A DNA stretch of 64,000 nt from an uncultured virus (IMG/VR IMGVR_UViG_3300010885_087985) (Duplodnaviria > Heunggongvirae > Uroviricota > Caudoviricetes), in the IMG/VR virus record IMGVR_UViG_3300010885_087985; one strand, 5' to 3'. Shown in pieces: positions 1 to 9,765 of this stretch (position 1 is its first letter; each line of letters starts with the position of its first letter). The notes under the pieces were generated by a model. It was not told the origin of the DNA and made no database searches. It was given only the letters and a program-made list of their open reading frames with translations. A program made the position numbers and the translations under genes.

Positions 1-972
1 ATTAGGCATTGTATTAAAGAAATTTATCCACCGAATCATATTACGATAGAATTGGCGGAACTTCTTGGAATTTTGGTTGGAGATGGGTCGATAGGAGTAA
101 AGTCTGCTGAAAATATGTTAACCATTGCTGTTGGTAAAAAACACAGGACATATGCAGAACATGTTGTAGATTTATTTAAAAAGGTATTTGGAGTTGTTGC
201 AGAGATTTACGAAAAGCCAAATTGTTTCACTGTAACATTATGTTCAAAAAACGCAGTTGATTTTGTTGATTCGATTGGTTTAAAGAAAGGTAAAACATTT
301 AAAGAAAAAATAATTCCAGATATTATTTGTAAGTCTCCTCCTGCCTATAGATGTGCTTTTCTTCGTGGTTTGTTCGATACTGATGGATATGTAACTAACC
401 ATGTTGGTTTTAGTTGTTACAATAAAAAATTAGCAGATGATGTTCAGATTATGCTTTCGGAAATGGGAATTCTTTCTAATTTAAAAACATTAAAAAATGG
501 TAAGGGCAAAAAAGGTGATCAAAAATATATTAATGTTGTTAAAATTCAAGGAATTTGGGCTGAAAATAAATTTTACAATAGAATAGGTTTTGTATTTGAA
601 TATAAGCAAGAATCACTTAAAAAACTACTTGATAGAAAATTTTGTCGTGGTTCTGGAATAGAGTTACCATACATTCAACGACAATTGATTATGTGGGCAA
701 AAGATATTGGTATCACAACATATAAAAACCATAGTCTTGGCTATTCTATTAAAAAGTTTGAGAAAAAAAATGTCGGGATTAATTCTTGTTCGTCATTTGT
801 ACAGAGAGCAGAAGAACAAGGATTAATTGTTCCAAATTATATTAAAGATATTATTTCAAATCCTTTATTTGTTGTTGATAGTGTTACCGAAGGAGACGAG
901 ATCGAAACCGTTGATATTGCACTGGATCATGATGCTCATGATTTTATTGCGTATGGATTGATCACACACAAT
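1..972 (+). mobile_element. Intein 1 of SpoVR (C-terminal part) with LAGLIDADG endonuclease
   Basis: LLGILVGDG and FLRGLFDTDG motifs; ends TVDIAL..HDFIAYGLITHN followed by +1 Thr. Confidence 0.9.
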
Positions 973-3480
973 ACAAATCCTTGTTATATTTACTGCTTGA
1001 GTAGCAACACTCTTTTGGACCATTTGACTGTTATTGCACATGCCACAGGGCATAATGACTTTTTTAAGAACAATATACATTTTAGTGCCACAGATACAAA
1101 TATGCTTAATAAAATGGCAAACCATGGCACAAGAATTAGAAATTATATGTCTCGTTGGGGAAAAGAAAGAGTCATAGAGTTTCTTGATTGGGTTATGAGA
1201 CTGGAAACTTTAATTGACGGAGCAGAAGCATGGTCTGATAAAATTTCAAAGAATGTTATCGTGCAAGACGAAAGAGTTTATAGACAACCAAGAAGGCTCA
1301 CAGTCAATAAAGAAAGAATGTATATGGAGCCTTTTATAAACACACAAGAATTTCGCCAAAAAGAGAATGAAAAAATTCATCAAGAAGACATTGAAGAAGA
1401 AATAGGTATTTTTAAGGAGCCAACAAAAAATATTTTGGGATTTTTAAGGGATAACGCACCGCTCAAACCATGGCAAGCTGATATTATCTCTATGCTTTAT
1501 GACGAGGCAATGTATTTTTTCCCACAAAGACAAACTAAGACCTTAAACGAAGGATGGGCTTGCGGGAAAAAGGACACTCTTGTTTGTAGCAATTTTGGTA
1601 TTTTGACTTTGGGAGAAATAGTTGAAAATAGAATGCAAGTCACCATTTACGATGGAGAGAAAGAAAGAAAAGTTACGAATTGGTTCACTTTTGAAAATCG
1701 AGATGTGTATCGTATAGAAACTCGTCGTGGATATGTTTTTGAGGGATCTAATAACCATCGTATTATGGGCAGGTATGATTGGATTCGTATGGACGAAATG
1801 TCCGTTGGACAGGTATTGGAGTTGTCTTTTTCCGATATCTGGCAGAATGACTTGCAAGAGGTTAAGTACGAGGTACCAGAAAAAAGAATTGAACTTAATG
1901 AACTTGCCGAAATGGCATCTGTTTCAAAATATAAAGTGATTTATAGGAAATATCAATACAAAGGTGAAGAAAAAAATGATTCTTTAGGAACTTTGATTAA
2001 AGAATATGACAATCAAAAAACTACTTTTATGAGAAACAAGAGGAACATTATTAGTGTTCCTGAATATATGAATGAAGACTTTGCTTCATTTATTGGATAC
2101 ATGATTGGTGATGGTCATATTTCTTTAGTTAAAAGAACTATGGGTTTAACATCTGGAGATAAAGAGCAAATTGATCATTACGCTACTTTGCTGAGTACCC
2201 TATTTGGATTAGAATGTAAGGTAAAATGGGATGGATCATCAAAAAATGGTAGATATAGGGCTGCTGTATACTCTAAAGATTTGGAAGAACTCCTTGTTCA
2301 TCTTGGTATGAAAACAGGGGTTTGTGCTAGACTTAAAAACATACCAGAAATTATATTGAAATCACCAAAAAGTGTGGTTGCGGCATTCATCCGATCTTAT
2401 TTTGATTGCGATGGTTATGCGGGGACTGCAGGGGTAATACTCTCCACATCAAGCGAAAGCATGTCCAGACAAATTCAGAATGTGCTTTTGAATTTTAAGA
2501 TTCTCTCTACAAGAAGAAAACAAAAGGATTCATGTTGGCATATTCGGATGACCGGCTCAGAAGCTGTTAAATACGAAGAACAAATTGGATTTGGTTTACA
2601 AAGAAAAAAAGACAAATTAAGGAAATACATCTCTAGTCACAAATGGTTTGTGAAACAAAAACTTGAAAATAAAATTGTTTCTGTCGAAAAAATTGGAAAA
2701 GATACAGTTTATGATATTACGGTAGAAACAAGCAATATGTATTCAGCTTGTGGATTCATAAATCATAATAGCACAACAGACTCAGTAATCATGGCAGAAC
2801 AGGGGTTTGCTTCTCTTGGGCAAAAAAGTCATGATTGTGGAATTGTAGAATATTCTGAGCATAAAATGGGCGTTTTAGGTGGTAAGTATTCTATGAATCC
2901 TTATAAACTTGGGTATTATTTATTATCCGATATTCGTGATAGATGGGATAAAGGGAGATTTGGCTCTGAATGGGACGAATGCACTAATATTCATCAAAAA
3001 GAATCTTGGGATGTTAAAACTAATTTAGGAAAAGAGAAAATATTTGAGGTAAGAAAGTATTATGATGATTTAACATTTATACATGAATTCTTCACAGAAG
3101 ATTTTTGCAGAACACAAGAATATTTTTATTGGACTCACTATCCTAATGGTGAGTTTCGTTTAGAAAGTAGAGATTATAAGAAAATAAAAAGTCTTTTAAT
3201 GAAAAGGCACTTAAATGGAGGTCAGCCAGAAATAAAGCTCACAGAGCCCAATTATAGGGGTAAAGGGGGCATGATGTTGCAGCATCAGTTTGATGGACGA
3301 ACTTTATACGAGCCTTACGTATCAGACGTTTTAGTGGCTTTAAGAGCTATTTGGGGAAATGATGTTTATTTGTCAACGCAAGACAAAGATGGTAATGAAA
3401 AGGTCTATTGCTGTTATGGCACTGATCCAATAAAAGATATTGAAGTTGTAAGCAGAGAAGAGCACACAAAAAATGGCTAA
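1..3480 (+). CDS. spoVR: SpoVR family protein interrupted by two inteins (5' truncated; frame open from base 1)
   Basis: Extein motifs TNPCYIYCLSSN..VIAHATGHNDFFKNN, PLKPWQADII, QTKTLNEGWA|S, NPYKLG, GKEKIFEVRKYYDDLTFI are typical of SpoVR/YcgB. Confidence 0.9.
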   Translation: MRHCIKEIYPPNHITIELAELLGILVGDGSIGVKSAENMLTIAVGKKHRTYAEHVVDLFKKVFGVVAEIYEKPNCFTVTLCSKNAVDFVDSIGLKKGKTFKEKIIPDIICKSPPAYRCAFLRGLFDTDGYVTNHVGFSCYNKKLADDVQIMLSEMGILSNLKTLKNGKGKKGDQKYINVVKIQGIWAENKFYNRIGFVFEYKQESLKKLLDRKFCRGSGIELPYIQRQLIMWAKDIGITTYKNHSLGYSIKKFEKKNVGINSCSSFVQRAEEQGLIVPNYIKDIISNPLFVVDSVTEGDEIETVDIALDHDAHDFIAYGLITHNTNPCYIYCLSSNTLLDHLTVIAHATGHNDFFKNNIHFSATDTNMLNKMANHGTRIRNYMSRWGKERVIEFLDWVMRLETLIDGAEAWSDKISKNVIVQDERVYRQPRRLTVNKERMYMEPFINTQEFRQKENEKIHQEDIEEEIGIFKEPTKNILGFLRDNAPLKPWQADIISMLYDEAMYFFPQRQTKTLNEGWACGKKDTLVCSNFGILTLGEIVENRMQVTIYDGEKERKVTNWFTFENRDVYRIETRRGYVFEGSNNHRIMGRYDWIRMDEMSVGQVLELSFSDIWQNDLQEVKYEVPEKRIELNELAEMASVSKYKVIYRKYQYKGEEKNDSLGTLIKEYDNQKTTFMRNKRNIISVPEYMNEDFASFIGYMIGDGHISLVKRTMGLTSGDKEQIDHYATLLSTLFGLECKVKWDGSSKNGRYRAAVYSKDLEELLVHLGMKTGVCARLKNIPEIILKSPKSVVAAFIRSYFDCDGYAGTAGVILSTSSESMSRQIQNVLLNFKILSTRRKQKDSCWHIRMTGSEAVKYEEQIGFGLQRKKDKLRKYISSHKWFVKQKLENKIVSVEKIGKDTVYDITVETSNMYSACGFINHNSTTDSVIMAEQGFASLGQKSHDCGIVEYSEHKMGVLGGKYSMNPYKLGYYLLSDIRDRWDKGRFGSEWDECTNIHQKESWDVKTNLGKEKIFEVRKYYDDLTFIHEFFTEDFCRTQEYFYWTHYPNGEFRLESRDYKKIKSLLMKRHLNGGQPEIKLTEPNYRGKGGMMLQHQFDGRTLYEPYVSDVLVALRAIWGNDVYLSTQDKDGNEKVYCCYGTDPIKDIEVVSREEHTKNG
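1561..2769 (+). mobile_element. Intein 2 of SpoVR with LAGLIDADG endonuclease
   Basis: Starts at Cys after NEGWA; block B GSNNH; FIGYMIGDG and FIRSYFDCDG; ends VYDITV..FINHN followed by +1 Ser. Confidence 0.92.
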
Positions 3481-3748
3481 AAAACGATATATACAAAGCA
3501 AGGATAAAAAACCTTTAGATGGTAAATTGGAGGAAAATATGGAAAAAAATGAGTATCTTTTGACAGAAGAATTTGTTGAATTTTCAAAGAAAATATCTCA
3601 AATATTTGAAGACAAAAAAATTAAAAAATTAGAACTAAAAACTTTTTATGAGAAGGTTCAATTAGAACTAAAAGCTTTGGAAGAAGAAGCAAAAACTTTA
3701 GAATTGGCTTTTGAAGAATTCAAAAAAAGCAAAGAGCAAGTATTTTAG
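3473..3748 (+). CDS. hypothetical coiled-coil protein
   Basis: ORF overlapping the spoVR stop; K/E-rich. Confidence 0.6.
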   Translation: MAKKRYIQSKDKKPLDGKLEENMEKNEYLLTEEFVEFSKKISQIFEDKKIKKLELKTFYEKVQLELKALEEEAKTLELAFEEFKKSKEQVF

Positions 3749-3821
3749 TAGCACACTATGATACTATCATAGATCGCATTCCGTTGGAGCACAAACCAAT
3801 GTGGAATTTCGTTGAATCCTG

Positions 3822-3850
3822 TTGACATTAAAGTATATTTTTGTTAGAAT
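3822..3850 (+). promoter_or_regulatory. sigma70-type promoter
   Basis: TTGACA-17 nt-TAGAAT. Confidence 0.6.
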
Positions 3851-3907
3851 TATTAGCAAACAATTGTATTTTCGCCCGTTTATTCACTTGCAACAAAGGG
3901 ACTAAAA

Positions 3908-4312
3908 ATGATTACTATAATGAACCTGCCAGATTCTTTAAATTTTCTCATAAGAAATGATGTTGTTTTTGAGGAAATTAAAAAAGATTTTCCAGAAATA
4001 TTAGCTGACTTAGTTTCTTATAGAAGCAATCCAAACTGTTCCTGTAGAGGTAGAGTTTTTAAATTCTTTACAGAAGCACTACAAAAGGACTCAACGGTTT
4101 TAAATAAGTATGTTAAGAATCAAGAAGAACTAGCAGAAATAATAAAATCTGGAAACGAACAAAGACAAGCAAATAATTACAATGGAAAAGTTTTCATTAT
4201 AGACAAAACTCAAACTGCATGGAGTGAATTTTCAAAAACTCTTGCGGGCAAATCATTCAGAGGGTTTAGCGTAGCAGAACGAGACGACGCAGTAGCTGTA
4301 TACTTTTTATAA
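3908..4312 (+). CDS. hypothetical protein (NPNCSC motif)
   Basis: ORF downstream of the promoter; no family recognised. Confidence 0.65.
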   Translation: MITIMNLPDSLNFLIRNDVVFEEIKKDFPEILADLVSYRSNPNCSCRGRVFKFFTEALQKDSTVLNKYVKNQEELAEIIKSGNEQRQANNYNGKVFIIDKTQTAWSEFSKTLAGKSFRGFSVAERDDAVAVYFL

Positions 4313-4326
4313 ATCATGGACTAATT

Positions 4327-4614
4327 ATGGAAATAATTATTTATCTTTTATCGTCCCTAGGAATTTGCTACGCATGGCATGATACAGAAGTTAGCACACC
4401 AATAAGGAATAAGGTGGCAACCATTCCTTATTTAAATAAAGTATTATTGTGCCATGAATGCTCAAGTTTTTGGTTCAGTTTAATTCTTAGCTTATTCATT
4501 AATCCTGTAGAGGAATACAGCTATCCAATAGTTAGTAATATTTTAAGTGCATTTTGTGGGTTTTTTATAAATCTTTACTTTAGTCGTAACCACATTATTT
4601 CTATTCACGAGTGA
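4327..4614 (+). CDS. small membrane protein, DUF1360-like
   Basis: Hydrophobic segments with LLCHECSSFW (CxxC..W) motif. Confidence 0.55.
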   Translation: MEIIIYLLSSLGICYAWHDTEVSTPIRNKVATIPYLNKVLLCHECSSFWFSLILSLFINPVEEYSYPIVSNILSAFCGFFINLYFSRNHIISIHE

Positions 4615-4625
4615 ATGAACTAGCA

Positions 4626-5009
4626 TTAAAACATTTTAATTTGTGAAGTGTTTTTAAGTTTTCGTGCTTGGATTTGAACAATTTTTTGTTGTGGTTTATT
4701 ATAACTTTCCATAAGAGACTCTATAGTTTTTGAGCTATTGTCTCCTAATAAGTTTAATATTTTAGATTCAATCATATCTTGTGTGTAATCCCCAGCACCA
4801 TCATATCCTTTTCCTGACCATAATTTCAAAAAAAAGACGCAATGAGAAGGACCATTCCGAACACGTACCTTTACAGTTACTATTTTATGATAATTGTTGT
4901 CGGTTAATATAATTTCTAGATCAGAACAAACAACAGGTTCGTATGTTGTGATAACTCCATCTCGATTTGTAGGCGGTGGAGTGAAAGTTATTGGGTTAGT
5001 AAGAATCAT
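4626..5009 (-). CDS. hypothetical protein
   Basis: ORF preceded by ACATATAT motif. Confidence 0.6.
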   Translation of the reverse strand: MILTNPITFTPPPTNRDGVITTYEPVVCSDLEIILTDNNYHKIVTVKVRVRNGPSHCVFFLKLWSGKGYDGAGDYTQDMIESKILNLLGDNSSKTIESLMESYNKPQQKIVQIQARKLKNTSQIKMF

Positions 5010-5151
5010 AATATATGTATTTATAATTTTTAAAAAAATATGAAAAGAGGAATTGACAATTAGTCAAAGATGATATAAGTTGTGAAATAGCCAGAATCAA
5101 GTGAAAATCATAACTGTAGATTTTTGTAAGTTTTGACTACCGGAGATTTTC

Positions 5152-5367
5152 ATGTTGGATATTGAAGAAAAAATTAAGAGAATAATTCTGGAACAAGTAG
5201 GAATAGAGGTCACAAAAGCAACTCTGCTGGCAGAGATTGTAGAAGATAGTTTAAGCAAAATAGATTTACTTTTTCATATTGAGAAAGAATTAGATAAAAG
5301 TATTAGTCAAGATGAAGTATTAAATTTAGAAACGGTTGGGGATTTAGTAGAAGCAATGACACCATGA
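5152..5367 (+). CDS. acyl carrier protein
   Basis: 71 aa, acidic; DSL phosphopantetheine site followed by IDLLFHIEKE; C-terminal TVGDLV. Confidence 0.8.
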   Translation: MLDIEEKIKRIILEQVGIEVTKATLLAEIVEDSLSKIDLLFHIEKELDKSISQDEVLNLETVGDLVEAMTP

Positions 5368-6485
5368 ATATTAGGAAAAAAGACACTACAGAAACGTTCA
5401 TTGAAAAATCGGAAAAGACGCATGGGAAGAAATATTGTTATGATAAAGTAAAGTACGTAGGCTCCAGAACAAAAGTTAGTATAATTTGCAATGAGTTTGT
5501 AGATGGTGTAAAAGTAGGGTGTGGAATTACTTTTTCGCAAACACCAGGAGACCATATTCGAGGGCAGGGATGTCCGAGCTGTAAAAACAAAGACACTACA
5601 GAAACGTTCATTAAAAAATCGGAAAAGAAGCATGGGAAGAAATATTGTTATGATAAAGTAAAGTACGTAGGCTCACAAATAAAAGTTAGTATAATTTGCA
5701 ACGAGTTTGTAGATGGTGTAAAAGTAGGGTGTGGAATTACTTTTTCGCAAAGTCCAAATAGCCATATTGGAGGGCATGGATGTCCAAATTGTAACATTGG
5801 TATAAAAGACACTACAGAAACGTTCATTGAAAAATCGGAAAAGAAGCATGGGAAGAAATATTGTTATGATAAAGTAAAGTACATCAACGCCAGAAAAAAA
5901 GTCCGTATAATTTGTAAAAAGATTGTAGATGGTGTAAAAGTAGGGTGTGGAATTACTTTTTCGCAAACACCAAATGGCCATATTCAAGGGAGGGGATGTC
6001 CAAATTGTACTTATTCAAAGGGCGAAAAAGCTATTCTAAAGTTTTTTGAAGATAAAGGATGGAAAGAAGGAGTAAACTTCTTGCACCAACATAAAACAAA
6101 AACATGCCGCATAGACTTTGTAATAAAAGAATTAAATCTGTTAATAGAATATAATGGGGAGCAGCATTATATCCCGACCAGCTTTGGTTCTAAAAGAAAA
6201 AATGCACACATTATTAACCTAAAAAGAAATATAAATAGTGATCATAAAAGAATAAAGTTCTGTTTGAAAAAAGGTTCTCTTTTGATTATTCCATATTGGG
6301 ATTTTAAAAATATAAAACAAATATTGGAAGATTTTTTAGAAGGTAGAATGCCAACTTTTTCTAAACCACCCAAAGAAGTTATAAAATATAAAAAAATTAG
6401 AGACAGAATTAGGAAAGAGTTGAAAATTACTGGAGCAGAAATATTGTGTGGAGTTGTTAGGGAAAGAGAGAAAGTTTGCATTTAG
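5364..6485 (+). CDS. free-standing putative homing endonuclease: three Zn-ribbon repeats plus Vsr/PD-(D/E)XK-like domain
   Basis: 3x (TTETFIEKS..HGKKYCYDKV..C..CG..H..G.GCP.C), then SKGE..DF..IEYNGEQHY..IPYW. Confidence 0.8.
   Translation: MNIRKKDTTETFIEKSEKTHGKKYCYDKVKYVGSRTKVSIICNEFVDGVKVGCGITFSQTPGDHIRGQGCPSCKNKDTTETFIKKSEKKHGKKYCYDKVKYVGSQIKVSIICNEFVDGVKVGCGITFSQSPNSHIGGHGCPNCNIGIKDTTETFIEKSEKKHGKKYCYDKVKYINARKKVRIICKKIVDGVKVGCGITFSQTPNGHIQGRGCPNCTYSKGEKAILKFFEDKGWKEGVNFLHQHKTKTCRIDFVIKELNLLIEYNGEQHYIPTSFGSKRKNAHIINLKRNINSDHKRIKFCLKKGSLLIIPYWDFKNIKQILEDFLEGRMPTFSKPPKEVIKYKKIRDRIRKELKITGAEILCGVVREREKVCI
5379..6010 (+). repeat. three near-identical 210-216 bp tandem repeats
   Basis: Units begin AAAGACACTACAGAAACGTTCATT at 5379, 5589 and 5805. 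Confidence 0.9.
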
Positions 6486-6575
6486 ATCATATCTTCCATT
6501 GCAAATTTTTATTGATTATGATACTTTTGAGTTAAGACTCATCAATTATTTGAAAACTTCAGCCATTAAACACAA

Positions 6576-7982
6576 ATGAAAACTTGTGATATCGTAGGCT
6601 TTGAACATCTCCATCTTCATACAGATTTTAGTCTTTTAGATGGCTTCGGTTTAACAGAGGAATATGCCCAAAGGGCACCTCAAATTAATCAGAAATTTCT
6701 TACTGTGAGCGATCACGGTATGCTTGGTGCTGTACCAAGACAAATAAAAGCATGTGAAAGAATAAATGAAAAGAAAGGCAAAGACACTTTATCCCCTATA
6801 TTTGCCGCCGAACTTTATATTAATCGCCTTCAGCCAGAATCAAATGGACTAGCAGACGTTCAAAAGTTTATTCTGGATCTCAATGAAGAAGAGAAGAGTG
6901 AAATAAAAGCCAGTCCGCATCTTTTAGCAATTGCATATAACGATATTGGATATAAAAACCTTGTTAGACTTACTAGTTGGGGTTGGACTAAAGGCTTTTA
7001 TAGAAAGCCAAGAGTTAATTATGAACAGCTTATAAAACATAAAGAAGGCTTATTCTTCACTAGTTGCTGCTATAGTAGCGAAGTAGGCAGAGCTTTTGAT
7101 AAAGGCGGTGAAGAAGCAGCTTGTGCCGTTATTGAACGATATGTAGAAATGGTTGGTAAAGACCATTACTTCTTGGAATTAATGCTTTTAGATTTTAAGA
7201 AGCAAAAGCCTTATGATGCTTTTATAATTAAGGCACATGAAAAGTACGGATTGCCACTCATTTTGTCTAACGACTGTCATTATTGCAATCAGGAAGACAG
7301 TAAGTTTCAAAGACTTATGTTGATGGTTCAGACCAATAGAACTGTTCAAGAAATACAAAAGGCGATAGAAGCCGATGAGGCACAAGACTTTTTTGAGTTA
7401 CAGGATGCTAGTTTATGGATGAAAAGCGAAGAAGAATTAAATAAAAAATGGTTAGACCAATATTCGGACACGATACCATATGAATTATTTTGTGAAGCTA
7501 AAAGGAATACAGTAAAAATTTGTGAAAGAGCAAAAGGTGTTCAGCTAGATAGAAGTTTAAAGCTTCCCATACTTCCTGACGCAGATGAATCTCTTAAAGA
7601 AGAAGTAATGAAAGGATTTGCTTTTAGAAATCTTCCAAAAAATAAAGAATATTTAGAAAGAATAAAAGAAGAATATTCCCTTATAACAAGAAAGGGTTTT
7701 TCTAGTTATTTTTTGATTCAAAAAATGATGACAGACGAGGCACGAAGGATTTGCCCTAGTTTGTTAGGGTGGGGCGATGGCAGTCAAGCCGTTGGCCCCG
7801 GGCGGGGGTCGGCTGCTGGAGCTTTGACTTGTTATTGTTTAGGGATAACTAATGTAGATCCAGTGGCAGAAGGACTTTTGTTTAGTCGTTTTATGAGTGA
7901 AGCAAGAGGAGGAAGATCTATATCTTTAGAATTTAAGAATATTGATCCATTACCTGTTAGTGAAGTTTTTGATGGAAATTAA
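6576..7982 (+). CDS. dnaE: DNA polymerase III alpha, N-terminal half (PHP domain plus start of palm)
   Basis: HLHLHTDFSLLDG, SDHG, NDCHY, GFSSYFLI, VGPGRGSAAG, LLFSRF; stops just before PDID. Confidence 0.92.
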   Translation: MKTCDIVGFEHLHLHTDFSLLDGFGLTEEYAQRAPQINQKFLTVSDHGMLGAVPRQIKACERINEKKGKDTLSPIFAAELYINRLQPESNGLADVQKFILDLNEEEKSEIKASPHLLAIAYNDIGYKNLVRLTSWGWTKGFYRKPRVNYEQLIKHKEGLFFTSCCYSSEVGRAFDKGGEEAACAVIERYVEMVGKDHYFLELMLLDFKKQKPYDAFIIKAHEKYGLPLILSNDCHYCNQEDSKFQRLMLMVQTNRTVQEIQKAIEADEAQDFFELQDASLWMKSEEELNKKWLDQYSDTIPYELFCEAKRNTVKICERAKGVQLDRSLKLPILPDADESLKEEVMKGFAFRNLPKNKEYLERIKEEYSLITRKGFSSYFLIQKMMTDEARRICPSLLGWGDGSQAVGPGRGSAAGALTCYCLGITNVDPVAEGLLFSRFMSEARGGRSISLEFKNIDPLPVSEVFDGN

Positions 7983-8697
7983 CAAAATTTATAACGAAGA
8001 TTGTTTGGAAACTATGTCTAGAATGCCGGATGGCTTTGTAGACTTATCTTTAACATCTCCTCCGTATAATATGAACCTAAGGATCAGGAATGGTTCTTAT
8101 TGTTCAAGACAAATTATAAAAGAAGAGTTCAGCACGAAGTATTCTGAGTTTTCTGATAATGTGCCAATAGAAGACTTTTACTCTAATCACAAAGCTATTT
8201 TGTCGGATCTTATTAGAGTTTCTAAAATAACCTTTTATAATATATCAATTGTTACTGGGTCAAAACGTGCTTTTTTCAAAATGATTGGTGATTTTTCTGA
8301 AAATATAAAAGATATCATAATATGGGATAAATGCCATGCACAGCCATCTATGCATCATAGCGTTTTAAACCGCCAGCATGAAATAATACTAGTTTTAGAG
8401 AAAAAAGAAAATTCAATATCTAGAGCTTTTGAAAAGTGCAATTTCCCCAGAGGCGAACTTAATGATATTTGGCAAATTAAAAGGCAAAAAACAACAGCAA
8501 AAGGACATGGTGCAGCATTTCCAGAAGACCTTGTAAACAAGATTTTAGAAAACTTTAGCAATGAAAACGATTTGATTTATGACCCTTTTGCAGGAACTGG
8601 AACCGTTGCGAAATGTTGTAAAAATTTAAATAGAAAGTGGATATCTTCAGAAATTAGTGATACATACTGTAAAATGTTAAAAAAAAGACTTAATTAG
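7972..8697 (+). CDS. DNA methyltransferase (N4-C/N6-A, beta class)
   Basis: NEDCL, TSPPYN, H.A.FP, DPFAGTGT motifs. Confidence 0.9.
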   Translation: MEINKIYNEDCLETMSRMPDGFVDLSLTSPPYNMNLRIRNGSYCSRQIIKEEFSTKYSEFSDNVPIEDFYSNHKAILSDLIRVSKITFYNISIVTGSKRAFFKMIGDFSENIKDIIIWDKCHAQPSMHHSVLNRQHEIILVLEKKENSISRAFEKCNFPRGELNDIWQIKRQKTTAKGHGAAFPEDLVNKILENFSNENDLIYDPFAGTGTVAKCCKNLNRKWISSEISDTYCKMLKKRLN

Positions 8698-8749
8698 TTT
8701 TAAACATAAAGCATATATATATTTCAATAGGGTAACAAAGGAGAATCAG

Positions 8750-9652
8750 ATGAAATATAAAACCTTCCAAGAGTATATTGATACCAATAAAAAATTGGTT
8801 GTTAAGCCAAAAGTTGAGAAGGTAGCAGATTATTCAGGCGATGTAGTCCGTAAGCCTGAAAAAGAGAAAATGCACAAGCACGCTGGTGGAAAAGGACCAG
8901 TCGGAGAACCTGCTTCATATATTTCAGGAACGAATGGTCAAAACCCTAACAAAGATGATCCAAAAGCTTTAGGACATAAGGGAATGAAAAACCTACAAAA
9001 GAAAAGCGTTAGCGAGTGGATTAATGAAACAAAAAACTTGTCCATGGCAGAATTTACAAAAGATCTAACAAAGAATGAATGCAGATGTCAAATACATGAT
9101 CTTGCAAAAGATGTTATTGAATCTTGTAAGTGTAATAAGGAAAACGTATCAACATTGGTCAGAGCTGTTAAACGAAGCAAAATTTTTGAATCATTTTTGC
9201 TAGAGATGTTGAGCCACGACGAAGCATTAAAGATATTAGCAAAAATAGCAGTAACAAATGAGCATTATTCAAAAAAATTGTTAAATACAATTAATGAAAT
9301 GGTTGCTACTCCGATTGGGTTTGGACCAGACGTAGAAGGGGATGAGTCAGAATATGACTCGGAGAATGAACCTGAAGAAGACTCTGAGGAAGGCTCTGAG
9401 GAAGACTCTGAGGAAGGCTCCGAAGACGCTGAATATGATTCTGAAGAAGGCTCTGAAGAAGACTCTGAGGAAGGCTCCGAAGACGCTGAATACGATGCTG
9501 AGGAAGACGCCGAAGAAGACGCTGAAGAAGAAGACGAAGGCGAAGAAGGCGATGACTCAGGAAAAACCTACCATCACCACCACCATCATCACCACCATCA
9601 TCATAACAAAAATAAAATAGATGGAAATTTTGATTCCAGTGTGCTTCAGTAA
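8750..9652 (+). CDS. hypothetical protein with acidic repeat and His11 tract
   Basis: RBS AGGAGA; N-terminus MKYKTFQEYI; (EEDSEEGS)n; 11 His. Confidence 0.75.
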   Translation: MKYKTFQEYIDTNKKLVVKPKVEKVADYSGDVVRKPEKEKMHKHAGGKGPVGEPASYISGTNGQNPNKDDPKALGHKGMKNLQKKSVSEWINETKNLSMAEFTKDLTKNECRCQIHDLAKDVIESCKCNKENVSTLVRAVKRSKIFESFLLEMLSHDEALKILAKIAVTNEHYSKKLLNTINEMVATPIGFGPDVEGDESEYDSENEPEEDSEEGSEEDSEEGSEDAEYDSEEGSEEDSEEGSEDAEYDAEEDAEEDAEEEDEGEEGDDSGKTYHHHHHHHHHHHNKNKIDGNFDSSVLQ

Positions 9653-9765
9653 ATAAAAATATGTTATTGACAGGTATGTTTTATCTGTTGTAGAATACCA
9701 ACTGTGGGTATTTTTTTGACAAACTATGCTATACATGGCGAGAATCGCTTTGTTTTTCTTCCGCA

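Noticed and set aside
5307..5987. Repeated minus-strand ORFs opposite the endonuclease
   Set aside because: Antisense shadows of the 210-bp repeats.
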